Shown here: in pieces, positions 14,321-24,032 of the stretch | How the letters are laid out: each line of letters begins with the position of its first letter | Numbering within the stretch: position 1 is the stretch's first letter | DNA from: a virus | Taxonomy: Duplodnaviria > Caudoviricetes | Strand: one strand, 5' to 3' | DNA: 35,139 nucleotides | IMG/VR virus record: IMGVR_UViG_3300037295_000002 | Coordinates: 1-35,139 of that record | Program-made: the position numbers and the translations under genes | The notes under the pieces: model-generated | Database searches by the model: none | What the model was told of the DNA's origin: nothing | Seen by the model: the letters and a program-made list of their open reading frames with translations, nothing else

Positions 14321-17031
14321 TAGTTGACTCTTCCTTTGGCTATAATAAAGGTTTTTCTGATAGTAACGTAACCAGTAGCACCACCTGCCACTGCTCCGCT
14401 TAAATTAGTTGATGATGGTAATTGAATTTTAATTTTACGAGATAATCCATCCACTATCTTTTCGGTTACTGTACCTTCTACATTATTAATATCTGGCGTA
14501 GATGAATGACCGAAGATTTTAGTACTATCTCCAACAACAAAAGAAGCAAAGGTTTCAGCACTATTTAACGCGATAGTAATAAATTTATTTGAACCAGTAG
14601 TCGAGAACGCAGATGATGCAATGGCAATTCTTTCTCCAAGATCAGTGTACGTGTACGTTGTGGCCAATATTCTATATGCAAGTCCCATGATTTGCTCATT
14701 AGGAACTAAGATACCAGAGTTATCTGTAATTAAATCACTTATAGTTGGAAGTTCATTAATCGCAGTCGCAAGAACTTTAAATTGAAAGTAACCATTATTG
14801 CGACCATAGTCACCAGTATCAGGTGATATAAAGTTAATAAATGGAGTCGAAGTACTTGGGACATTTGTATAATCAGTCTTGAGCATTTCGGAATTGTTTA
14901 ACTTAGTCAACATTCTAATATCTGATGCTAACTGAACTCCTGTACCTGGGATAGGCGTCACGCCATCAAGTCGATCTGTTGTTCCTAGATAAGATACAAC
15001 TCCACGTTCAATATAGAGGTATGATGGAGAGATATAATCTATGCCTCTCTCAAGGCTGATATTAACTGCATTATAATCAGAATCCATTGTATCTGGAGTT
15101 GGCAAGAATTCGTTATCTGGACCCATCAATAAGTTGGGAGAAGAAAGCAAATGAGCCGAACCGTATACTAATAGACCAGAGCCACAATTACGAACTGTAT
15201 TTCCTACCACCGTGCCGATACGTGTAACAGAAACATCGACTGGACTTACAAAGTTTTCAAATAAGTTATTTGTGACAGTAAGGTATTCGCCAAGACTTGC
15301 ATATAACGGACATAAATCTTGACCTAAGTATGAGCCACCGCCATTCAATACTTCTGAATTCTGAAATTTAATGTACTTTGTATTATATACATATATCCCG
15401 CCACCTGTTGAATTAGTGACAGACATATTATTAAAACTGACATTTTCGCCATTAGGTATATTAATCAAATACGTCGCAGCTGCTTCTGCATATCGAGCAT
15501 TGTTGACAAAATTACCATCAACAGAAATATTTGTAAAGAATACATTAACAGGATTATCTTCCAGAGAAGTGAATATGTTTCCACGTTCATTAGGATATGT
15601 ATTATCATCCCAGTAATCGAAATTCCAAGGGATTTGTTTGATTATGGTTTGTTTACCGCCACCCGAAATTTCAAAGTTAGAAGGAACATATAACTTAGAA
15701 GTATAATATACGCCATTTGGAAACTGAGCGCCTTGAATGTTCAGCTCTCTTTGATCATCTATAAATTGTTGTAGACCTTGAGTATTATCATGTACAAACT
15801 GAAGTGAAGAACCTGAGTTTAACGTGTACTCTGAATCAAGTGTTACTTGACGACGGTTATCAATAGACTTAACAGTATCAGTAATCCAACCACGTCTAAT
15901 CGCAGCTGGAGCAGACACAGAAAAATGTACAATACCAGAAGTAGTCTGATATGCACCGCCGAAATCTTTTGTCGACCATTCCGTATTTGAAAACCCGCCA
16001 TAGTCAATATATGTAATATTTGATGTACCATTACCAAGTTGCCCTGGACCCAAGACGTTTATTAATCTCGAAGCAGTAATATCATCACTGACAGAACGAT
16101 AGACTAATAATCCATACTCGACATTGGTTCTGGCAAGATTAAGTGAAATATTATTTTCGGTATTAAAATCTGCAGCATCTTTATGCACAATGCTTGTTGT
16201 GATTTTACGCGCTGCGGCAATCTTACCATCGGATAATTTAAATTGTGATATCCAATAATAGTAATTGAACCCAGTACCTGTACCAACTTTGGTAGCAGAT
16301 GCGGCAGGGGTTGCAGAAGGATTAGGGGCACCTGGGACAGAAGCCCCAAATACCTTGACTCTATGACCCACTTTAAATGTAGAGGTATCAATGACTACAC
16401 TAAGAACACCCGTATTTGTAGCATATGTTATAGTTTCACCAATAACGAATTCATCATCAGGATCTGCTAACTCTACATATATGTCATTACCATGAACCTT
16501 TGTGATTGTTGCAGTCACGCCAGATTCAGAGCCTACAACTGGGTTTCCTACATTAAATACACCCTCGACAGTTACGAGTCTAAGGATAATGTCCATGTTG
16601 ATAACTAATTTATTCGATACGACACTACCATTACCCTCAAATACTTCCCCGTCTCTAGATACGCCATATTGTGAACCTAATTCGTTTGAAATTATTTTAC
16701 CAGATAGGAAAATATTTCTGGCAGTAATATCACCACCATTTAAATCGATATTAGAACCACCTGTTTGACCACCGACATTAATATTACCTTCAATTACAAT
16801 GTCTTGATTATTACCCATGCCAAAAGATGCAACTAGGTCAGAATTCTCATTAAAGATCTGTAAACCATTTGCTTCGCTTGCGGATTGAATCCCAGGTGAC
16901 ACTAAGTTTCCTGTCATCGGGATAGAACCATTGCGTTCTAGTTTTTCTGTATTGAATGCGTCTAGGTTAGCATCCCCTTCGGCATTCGTAAGAGGTGTAC
17001 CTTTGACTAACCGTTTTATAATTGTTGCCAT
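14320..17031 (-). CDS. Tail fibre/tailspike-like protein with right-handed beta-helix (pectin-lyase-like) region
   Basis: N-terminal fibre anchor KGTPLTNAEGDANL...KLERNGSIPMTGNL. HDNTQGLQQFID...FPNGVYYTSKLYVPSNFEISGGG is a typical beta-helix cap, followed by Asn-ladder repeats (NVFFTNISVDGN, NVSFNNMSVTNSTGGGIYV, LTVTNNLFEN, TVVGNTVRNCG). Confidence 0.75.
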   Translation of the reverse strand: MATIIKRLVKGTPLTNAEGDANLDAFNTEKLERNGSIPMTGNLVSPGIQSASEANGLQIFNENSDLVASFGMGNNQDIVIEGNINVGGQTGGSNIDLNGGDITARNIFLSGKIISNELGSQYGVSRDGEVFEGNGSVVSNKLVINMDIILRLVTVEGVFNVGNPVVGSESGVTATITKVHGNDIYVELADPDDEFVIGETITYATNTGVLSVVIDTSTFKVGHRVKVFGASVPGAPNPSATPAASATKVGTGTGFNYYYWISQFKLSDGKIAAARKITTSIVHKDAADFNTENNISLNLARTNVEYGLLVYRSVSDDITASRLINVLGPGQLGNGTSNITYIDYGGFSNTEWSTKDFGGAYQTTSGIVHFSVSAPAAIRRGWITDTVKSIDNRRQVTLDSEYTLNSGSSLQFVHDNTQGLQQFIDDQRELNIQGAQFPNGVYYTSKLYVPSNFEISGGGKQTIIKQIPWNFDYWDDNTYPNERGNIFTSLEDNPVNVFFTNISVDGNFVNNARYAEAAATYLINIPNGENVSFNNMSVTNSTGGGIYVYNTKYIKFQNSEVLNGGGSYLGQDLCPLYASLGEYLTVTNNLFENFVSPVDVSVTRIGTVVGNTVRNCGSGLLVYGSAHLLSSPNLLMGPDNEFLPTPDTMDSDYNAVNISLERGIDYISPSYLYIERGVVSYLGTTDRLDGVTPIPGTGVQLASDIRMLTKLNNSEMLKTDYTNVPSTSTPFINFISPDTGDYGRNNGYFQFKVLATAINELPTISDLITDNSGILVPNEQIMGLAYRILATTYTYTDLGERIAIASSAFSTTGSNKFITIALNSAETFASFVVGDSTKIFGHSSTPDINNVEGTVTEKIVDGLSRKIKIQLPSSTNLSGAVAGGATGYVTIRKTFIIAKGRVN

Positions 17032-17034
17032 CTT

Positions 17035-17484
17035 TTACCCGATTTTAATTTTCCACGAAACATTTAAGTAGTCCGTGGGTGATTTGACGAATGGTGTCGA
17101 TACAACAGTACGACAAAGTAATTTCCTTGGTGATGAATCAGAAAACAATCCAATCTCGTTCACTGTACCCGTACCGATGCCCTCTTCAAATGTTGTGGTG
17201 TTAACAAGAACATTAGTATTCACGGTATCAACAAAAGTAAACAACACATCGTTTTCAGCAAGCAAAGTCCCCATTACAGTATCCGTAAGTGTCGCAGGAG
17301 TAGTGCCAGAGCCAATGGATATCGACTTTATCACCTCAACATCGCCCTTTATTCTACGAACAATGAAGTTCTTTCCCGCAGTGGTCACTAGGTTATTGAC
17401 TGTTTCAGAGTGCTTGAGAATATGATCAGAACCGAAAAGCTCCAATTCAACAATTCCTTCTACCTTTAAATTATCTTCTATCAT
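17035..17484 (-). CDS. Tail/baseplate fibre-attachment-type protein (149 aa)
   Basis: Pattern NLVTTAGKNFI...ISIGSGTTPATLTDT...EIGLF...LLCRTV...K...LNVSWKI, as in phage tail-collar/fibre N-terminal domains. Confidence 0.7.
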   Translation of the reverse strand: MIEDNLKVEGIVELELFGSDHILKHSETVNNLVTTAGKNFIVRRIKGDVEVIKSISIGSGTTPATLTDTVMGTLLAENDVLFTFVDTVNTNVLVNTTTFEEGIGTGTVNEIGLFSDSSPRKLLCRTVVSTPFVKSPTDYLNVSWKIKIG

Positions 17485-17690
17485 ATCGCTTTGGCTACCA
17501 TTTGTTGAATTAAATTTCTTAAGTCTGCAACATCATCTTCTAGTTTATTTATTCTTTCTTGTTGATGTTTCATTTTATTACGTTGCTCAATGTATTTATT
17601 ATAGTCTGTAGAAGAAGTATTCACGATGGCACCAGATTGCATTTCTCTATGCAACCCGATTTCATCTTTAACTTTTATAAGAGAATCCAT
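17481..17690 (-). CDS. Conserved small coiled-coil protein following the VrlC-like gene (probable start 17690)
   Basis: MDSLIKVKDEIGLHREMQSGAIVN...INKLEDDVADLRNLI. ATG lies 1 nt after the upstream stop, so the ORF-track start at 17711 is probably too long. Confidence 0.75.
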   Translation of the reverse strand: MDSLIKVKDEIGLHREMQSGAIVNTSSTDYNKYIEQRNKMKHQQERINKLEDDVADLRNLIQQMVAKAI

Positions 17691-17691
17691 A

Positions 17692-20600
17692 TTATGCGGT
17701 CGCGATAACAATTAAATCCTTTGCTCTAGGTATTGCCGAAGAGTTGGAGGACTTCATTACAAGTTTAATTGACGCAGCATTGAAAGCAGGAATATCGTTT
17801 ACAGTAAATGCTACATCTGACATTCGGTTATTAGTCACAGTGGTACCAACGAAAGTCCAAAGAACTTCATTGAAAGGAATACCTGAGCTAACTTGTGATG
17901 TCTTATAATAAACCTCTATACTTGCACCTACTGGAATATCTGCGGCAAATCTAATAGATAAGTTCTTTGACTCTGCGGCAGAACCCGATAGATTAATCTT
18001 TCTAGTAAGGTATTTAGCCAAGGAAGAACTCTCAAGTGCGATTTCATCAATATAGTTATCATACAACTTAATTGTAATTGTCGCACCTGCCGAAGCAGTA
18101 TTGAATGATGTAGTGGTCGTTACCGTTCCACCATCTTCGGATATATTTGTAATAAGATGATTACCATCATTACTAGCCGAACCAACGATGTTTATGTACT
18201 TACCATTTCGTAGTGACTTAAAGATTGCCTTTACTGCCGCATCATTTGTCGTAATAGTTTTTCCACTGAATGCAATCTCTTCATTTAAGGATATGATAGC
18301 ATAGAAGTCAAAGTCGCCATCTCCAGTTGCACCTACAAAAGTATTTGATGTGAACGTTGGTGAATTAATACGATTGTTTACTGTGATAAGTGAAGTTCTG
18401 GCAGTATCGATTACAGGTGATATTGACGAGTTCGATGTCGTCATGTTTGCTTTAAATTCTAATGACTTTTGACCCGAAAGATATAGCGTCTCATTTTCTG
18501 GTGAGGCTATCATTCTTGGTGAAGCAAAAGAGTTATTGTCATTAGCAATAACAGAACTGAACGAAGAATCTGGATTCCCTGCTACCTGTGATCCATTTAT
18601 AGAAGACCCAGAAATTGTCTTGATAGAAAAGTCAAGAGTCGTATCGGCAAACTTCTGTAACTGAATCACGGGTTGTACCGTATCAAATTGAACGTTACGA
18701 GTAGACACAATACCAGAACCACCAGTACGACCAGTTTGTCCTGCCGTACTTGTTACGCGAACAGTAAAAGAGTTTTGCTCAATATGTAGAACCGTATGTT
18801 GCGTATTTAATTGAGTAGAAGATATGTCATTGTATGTATCTGTTGCGACGCCTAATATTGTGACCTTCGACCCAACAGACATTCCATGATTACGTTGAAA
18901 TACTCTGACGAGCTTAGAACCTGCACGAGTAAAGAATGGATCGTTGGTTAATGATGCATTATCGACTCTTGCGTTAACAAATATGGCAGAACCAGAAGTA
19001 TTGAACTGAGCAGTATTGACCCTGAACATTAAGTCTTCATTCTGATGAGCAGTCCATGTAGAGGCATTTTGTGATTTAAACAATACACCTGCATAGGGTT
19101 GCTCAGAGATTAAGCGTGGTGTTGGTGTAGTAATATCAATACCACCAAGCTCAGAAGTCCATACGTTATAATTATTTGAGTTAGATAAAAGGACTATACA
19201 ATATTCACCGACGTCTTGAACAAAGACGGGTGACTTCATATAAAATTTAGTTGGCTTATCTGCCGCTAACCATACACTACCGTCTAATTCAATGCTGTTG
19301 GCCGATAAACCATAACCCGCTGGTTGGTTCTCATCGCGTAACTCATATGGGTAAAGTGTGACATTAGAGAATGGCAGAATTGTTTTCCCAGGGTATCCAT
19401 TTACAACTTCACGAATCTGTAATGTTACTGGTTTAATTGGATCGACCGATGCGAACCATACATCAATAGAGGTAATGAATGCACCACCACGCCTTTGTAC
19501 CAAGAAAGTTTGGGCCAAAGGATCATACCAACCAGTATCACGAATAATCCGACCTGCCCTTTCGTCTGTAATGACAGTACGATCATCTGTTACAACAGTA
19601 CGAACTATCTCGCCATTACGAACAGAACTATATGTCGACTGCCATGTCTGTAATACGCCTTCTGCATGATAGTTGCCAAACGCTCGAGTCTTTGCAATCA
19701 GATCGTTATTAGTAGTATTGTCAATCAACTTAAATTCGCGATTTCCAGTTTGGAATTGCACCGAGTTGTCATTGGGTATATCAAACACACCAGCAACGTC
19801 ACCACCAAAGTTTGTCAATAAATGATCGCCCTTTTCTGTCGGAGCCCATAAAGTAACTTCACCTTCTGAACCAGAAACCGATCCCCCAATAATATCAGTT
19901 GTAAGGAATGTGCCCTTAGTGTTTACGACCAAGACTGAGCGAGTTGTTCCACCAGGCTGAACTTCCTGAAGTACACATACCGCAGTAGCAGGTGATGTGG
20001 CAGGGCTTGCATAGGAAACTGTACCGCGACGTTTAACGAATACTACGTCCCCTTTGTTATACGAAGTCTGAGTATTACCATTGAACCTTCTTGAAGGTTC
20101 ATCGTTATCTTGCCCAACATTAGACTCAAAGTCAAACTTGTCGATGTCCTCTACATTTATAGGATTAGTACCCTTGAAAGTCAATCTAGAGGCAGGAGTA
20201 ATATACTGAGTAATATTAGTCTGGTCAAAGAAAGGATGTACAATAGTTTGTAACTTTAAACCACGAGCCAAGAATACTACCTTTCGTGAACGTATGAAAG
20301 GCACAAGCGAAGTAGAGATAACTCTATCTGACACAAATTCCTTTGAGAATGTTGCACGAACTTCGGTATTGATACCCGTACGAGTTTGACCACTTTCATT
20401 AGCAACAACCTCGCGAGTGATGACTCGACCACCTGCGGTTCCATTAATAAGAGCAACCTCGGCTCCTGTGAAGGTTTGACGGTTTTGCCAACCTGCGGCA
20501 CCTAGACCAACGTCATTTGTAGACCAATCAGCCGCACGAGATAATGTATTACCCGTTACCTGAGTCCCACTCCATTGAGTCTGCCATGCATTCCATATAG

Positions 20601-23600
20601 TACCAAGCGCACCTGAGTTTTGCTCTGCGGCTAGGACGGCAGAGAAATTGCCCTCTACGTCATTGATAATTTCTGGTACACGTTGTGTCTCTATCCATTC
20701 ATCCGAAGGAGGATTCAAGTCTACCGAACCGATAAAGGTAAAGATAGCAAATGGGTTAATATTCTCTGGGCGAGAAGCATATGTCTGAGCAATAAATTGA
20801 TTTTCTGTATAGGGCAAAGTAATCAAGTCACCCGTTATCTGATAACCCTGAGTTGCGCGTTCAGAATCAGAGCGAGCCTGTTCAATCAACTTTACGTTAT
20901 CCATCACGAATGTTGGTCTTAACTCTTTGGCATCCATATCGATAGACGCTTTGTAGTCTGTAGAGAATACATCACCTGTCGTATGACCTGCGAAGTTATC
21001 TACGATAAATCCGTTCTTAAATCTATCGATACCAAATTCATCAGGGACATTTAAAGACGAAGCCTGTTGTTCTAGTAATGATAGGGAAGTGTAGTATTCA
21101 AGATTTTCGATACGCTTTTCGAGTTTACCAATATCACGCATGGTAAATCTACGGTTATCAATTTTTTGAATATTTACATAATTAGGACTAAGCGTATAAG
21201 GTGCAAGAGTTAGAGTTGTTAAATGCATTGTTAAATCGGGCGCCTCGGGTGAGACTGCATTATCTGCGGCAGTGCCTTCGGTTACAATAAAATTGCCTTC
21301 AATGTTCAAAGATATTTTATCAATACGAGGAACATAATATGTATAGTCTACTTCGGTTGTTGTCCCAGGCTTTGGGGGTAATGCCAATGCACCACCAGAA
21401 CTTGTGAATGAAACTCCATCATCACCCATGCGAGGACGAAAATCTATTACGTCTGCTAAAAAGACAACACCATATATTGTTGAGTATAATGGAATGTCTT
21501 CACGTCTAACATTCTCATACGAATCAATACAAAAGTAATCACCAACTTCAGAATGTTGATAGTAGTCAAAGTAAATTCTTAACGAACCAGTAGGAACTGC
21601 AAAGTTTGGACGACGAATTAATTTAGACACATCATAATGAGTATCACGTTGACCGTCATCTAATTGAAAGTATTGAGTAATATCTACTGCACCAGCAGCA
21701 TTAAATGCACCAGTGGCGGTCGACATTATAACTTTACGGACTCGATATACGTCGGCTTTACCAAGTGATATGATTCGTTGTTCAATTGCCGTTGTCGTAG
21801 TAAGATCAAAAGTAGCATAACGTACAGGAGTCTTTTTCTTAGGAGTTACAGTTACTGAGCTATTTTTTATGACAGGAAAGAATACAGTGTAAGTAGTCGA
21901 TGCTGATAATCCAGTGATGGTAAAGGACTGATCATCTATAGAAACGCTAATTCCAGTAGGGACAACAAAGGCAGACCCTGAAGTCGATACTATAATTTCT
22001 GTCAATTCTGTATTAGGATCAATTCTAGAACCAACACCAGTAAGACCAGATACTTCAGATAATGAAACAGTTAAAGACGTTGCGCCAGAACCAGTGGTCT
22101 TTGTGACTTTCTGCATAACAGTATATGACATTTCTGGAATAGCAACTGAAGGAGTTTCATCCTTTACAGTTTTAATAAAACCACGACCCAAAGGAAATAA
22201 CGAAATTGCTTGAGTTGGATCTTTTACGTTAGAACGATGAATTTTATAGGCAACATTAGTTGCACCAGTACCCGAAGCCGAGATGGTTAAGGTACTGTCA
22301 TTTGTAATAACAGTAATACTATAATAGTTTCCACCGACATCGATAAAATCACCGACAATAAAATCTCTTGAGAAACGAGTACCCGAACCTGTTATAGTCG
22401 TTCCTGATACTGATACATTACCCTGAGCATCTGCGTCAACAATGTTAGCGACCTGTGAACTGAAACTTGCATTGTCAATAGTCTTTACGTCACGTTCAAA
22501 AGTCTTATCGGTATTAAGAACAATGTCAAATACATATAGGCGGTATTCATTTCCGAATCGCTCAAGGCCACGAATCTTAGCAGTACCCAAAGAACTTCCA
22601 GTAGAACTCTTTAGGTTTACCGAAACGAAGGTTACAAAATCAGGAACACCGACAAAATTACGGGTCATGATATAACTACCAATTGTCGTAGCGATTAGGT
22701 CATCATTGATTTGCTTATATACACGAGCCTTATTTACCGTAATGAATGTGGTAGAAGGTTTCTCGATCTCGTACCCACGGACATAGGCTTTGCCAGGCTC
22801 TGCGGCTAATACGATTTGGGACTCAAGCCCAGTTAATGATTGACCATTATTGTATTTTGGATTTTCATCGAACGTCCATGTTAATGCACCGTCCGAAGCA
22901 TCGCCTATCAAGTGTGATGGCGTGGTAGAACCAGAAGTTCCTGACATGGTAGAAACATAGGTCTTAGTGTTAGAGGTGATAACATCGCCAATCAGATACG
23001 ATGCGCCTGATACCCATTCGCTACGATCATTGTTACGTGATTCTTTAGCAGTCATTCTAAAAGAACTTACTGTGTAGTCACCAGATTCATCAAAGGTACG
23101 ACGTGCAAGCTCTCGAGCTAATTCTGAATATTCTGTTTTATTGACATGAGATTGTTTTGCACCTTCTTCGGTTTGCATCAACTCGATAAAAGTTTCGTCG
23201 GTGATTGAGCCGAGTGGTAATTTTTCTAGTAGGAGTTCTACTTTATAACGATGAGCACCAGGAGCGCCATAGTTATATGTCCCATTTGCATTATCGTTTA
23301 GGGTCTCATCTTGTTCTGGTGTAACTAATGTTTCGTTTACATGCAAGCCAATTCGATATGATGGCTCTGAAGAATATGCCTCAAGAATTAAACTTTGTTT
23401 TTCAACAAGAGTAAAGTAACCACGAATAAAGTACACGCCTCGCTCTATCTCTACTACTGAACCAACGCCAGTTGATTCAGATACTGCAGTGTTGATTCTA
23501 TATGTGGTATAGTTCTCAGAGTCGGTCTCAGAAATGATGACCGATAGCGTCTCGGCATCATTGAATACCTGAGTAACATTGTCGTCACCAGTCGTATCAT

Positions 23601-24021
23601 ACTCAACAAATAATGTTAGAGGATCTGTGTTGGTCGCTAACTTATAATGTTTGACGATACCTTTGACGCCAGAGCCTTCACCAGTAACTTCTTTACCGAT
23701 CATCGAAGCAATATTAGCATCAGTGACCGTTATGCCAGTGGCGGATTGATCAGATCCTGCAATGGTTTGTGTAGACGAAATATCACCAGTCATCTTTACA
23801 TATTGAAGTTTTGTATTTAACGAGGTTCCGCCTGGGATCACCATCGCACCTTCTTTAAATATCGATTGACCGAAACGATCTACCTGCTTCTGATACATTG
23901 ACTGAAGCTGATTTAGTTCTCGAGTCTGTACGGCATACCCAGGACGAAATAAAATCTTCAGGAACTTCTTATCTTCGCTGAAGTCATCGTGGTATGGTGC
24001 GGTATTAAAATTGATTGGCAT
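17692..24021 (-). CDS. Large virion structural protein, VrlC-like / DUF4815-type
   Basis: 2109 aa. Hallmark MPINFNTAPYHDDF...KILFRPGYAVQTRELNQLQS, APGAHRYK, LARRTFDESGDY, RRFTMRDIGKLEKRIENLEYYTSLSLLE, DPLAQTF, GVLFKSQNASTW. SD GAGG; follows gp8. Confidence 0.88.
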   Translation of the reverse strand: MPINFNTAPYHDDFSEDKKFLKILFRPGYAVQTRELNQLQSMYQKQVDRFGQSIFKEGAMVIPGGTSLNTKLQYVKMTGDISSTQTIAGSDQSATGITVTDANIASMIGKEVTGEGSGVKGIVKHYKLATNTDPLTLFVEYDTTGDDNVTQVFNDAETLSVIISETDSENYTTYRINTAVSESTGVGSVVEIERGVYFIRGYFTLVEKQSLILEAYSSEPSYRIGLHVNETLVTPEQDETLNDNANGTYNYGAPGAHRYKVELLLEKLPLGSITDETFIELMQTEEGAKQSHVNKTEYSELARELARRTFDESGDYTVSSFRMTAKESRNNDRSEWVSGASYLIGDVITSNTKTYVSTMSGTSGSTTPSHLIGDASDGALTWTFDENPKYNNGQSLTGLESQIVLAAEPGKAYVRGYEIEKPSTTFITVNKARVYKQINDDLIATTIGSYIMTRNFVGVPDFVTFVSVNLKSSTGSSLGTAKIRGLERFGNEYRLYVFDIVLNTDKTFERDVKTIDNASFSSQVANIVDADAQGNVSVSGTTITGSGTRFSRDFIVGDFIDVGGNYYSITVITNDSTLTISASGTGATNVAYKIHRSNVKDPTQAISLFPLGRGFIKTVKDETPSVAIPEMSYTVMQKVTKTTGSGATSLTVSLSEVSGLTGVGSRIDPNTELTEIIVSTSGSAFVVPTGISVSIDDQSFTITGLSASTTYTVFFPVIKNSSVTVTPKKKTPVRYATFDLTTTTAIEQRIISLGKADVYRVRKVIMSTATGAFNAAGAVDITQYFQLDDGQRDTHYDVSKLIRRPNFAVPTGSLRIYFDYYQHSEVGDYFCIDSYENVRREDIPLYSTIYGVVFLADVIDFRPRMGDDGVSFTSSGGALALPPKPGTTTEVDYTYYVPRIDKISLNIEGNFIVTEGTAADNAVSPEAPDLTMHLTTLTLAPYTLSPNYVNIQKIDNRRFTMRDIGKLEKRIENLEYYTSLSLLEQQASSLNVPDEFGIDRFKNGFIVDNFAGHTTGDVFSTDYKASIDMDAKELRPTFVMDNVKLIEQARSDSERATQGYQITGDLITLPYTENQFIAQTYASRPENINPFAIFTFIGSVDLNPPSDEWIETQRVPEIINDVEGNFSAVLAAEQNSGALGTIWNAWQTQWSGTQVTGNTLSRAADWSTNDVGLGAAGWQNRQTFTGAEVALINGTAGGRVITREVVANESGQTRTGINTEVRATFSKEFVSDRVISTSLVPFIRSRKVVFLARGLKLQTIVHPFFDQTNITQYITPASRLTFKGTNPINVEDIDKFDFESNVGQDNDEPSRRFNGNTQTSYNKGDVVFVKRRGTVSYASPATSPATAVCVLQEVQPGGTTRSVLVVNTKGTFLTTDIIGGSVSGSEGEVTLWAPTEKGDHLLTNFGGDVAGVFDIPNDNSVQFQTGNREFKLIDNTTNNDLIAKTRAFGNYHAEGVLQTWQSTYSSVRNGEIVRTVVTDDRTVITDERAGRIIRDTGWYDPLAQTFLVQRRGGAFITSIDVWFASVDPIKPVTLQIREVVNGYPGKTILPFSNVTLYPYELRDENQPAGYGLSANSIELDGSVWLAADKPTKFYMKSPVFVQDVGEYCIVLLSNSNNYNVWTSELGGIDITTPTPRLISEQPYAGVLFKSQNASTWTAHQNEDLMFRVNTAQFNTSGSAIFVNARVDNASLTNDPFFTRAGSKLVRVFQRNHGMSVGSKVTILGVATDTYNDISSTQLNTQHTVLHIEQNSFTVRVTSTAGQTGRTGGSGIVSTRNVQFDTVQPVIQLQKFADTTLDFSIKTISGSSINGSQVAGNPDSSFSSVIANDNNSFASPRMIASPENETLYLSGQKSLEFKANMTTSNSSISPVIDTARTSLITVNNRINSPTFTSNTFVGATGDGDFDFYAIISLNEEIAFSGKTITTNDAAVKAIFKSLRNGKYINIVGSASNDGNHLITNISEDGGTVTTTTSFNTASAGATITIKLYDNYIDEIALESSSLAKYLTRKINLSGSAAESKNLSIRFAADIPVGASIEVYYKTSQVSSGIPFNEVLWTFVGTTVTNNRMSDVAFTVNDIPAFNAASIKLVMKSSNSSAIPRAKDLIVIATA

Positions 24022-24032
24022 ATATTCCTCTG

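Noticed and set aside
17593-17603. Possible late promoter upstream of the 149-aa gene
   Set aside because: It reads TATAATAAATA on the minus strand, not the exact consensus, and lies in AT-rich coding sequence.
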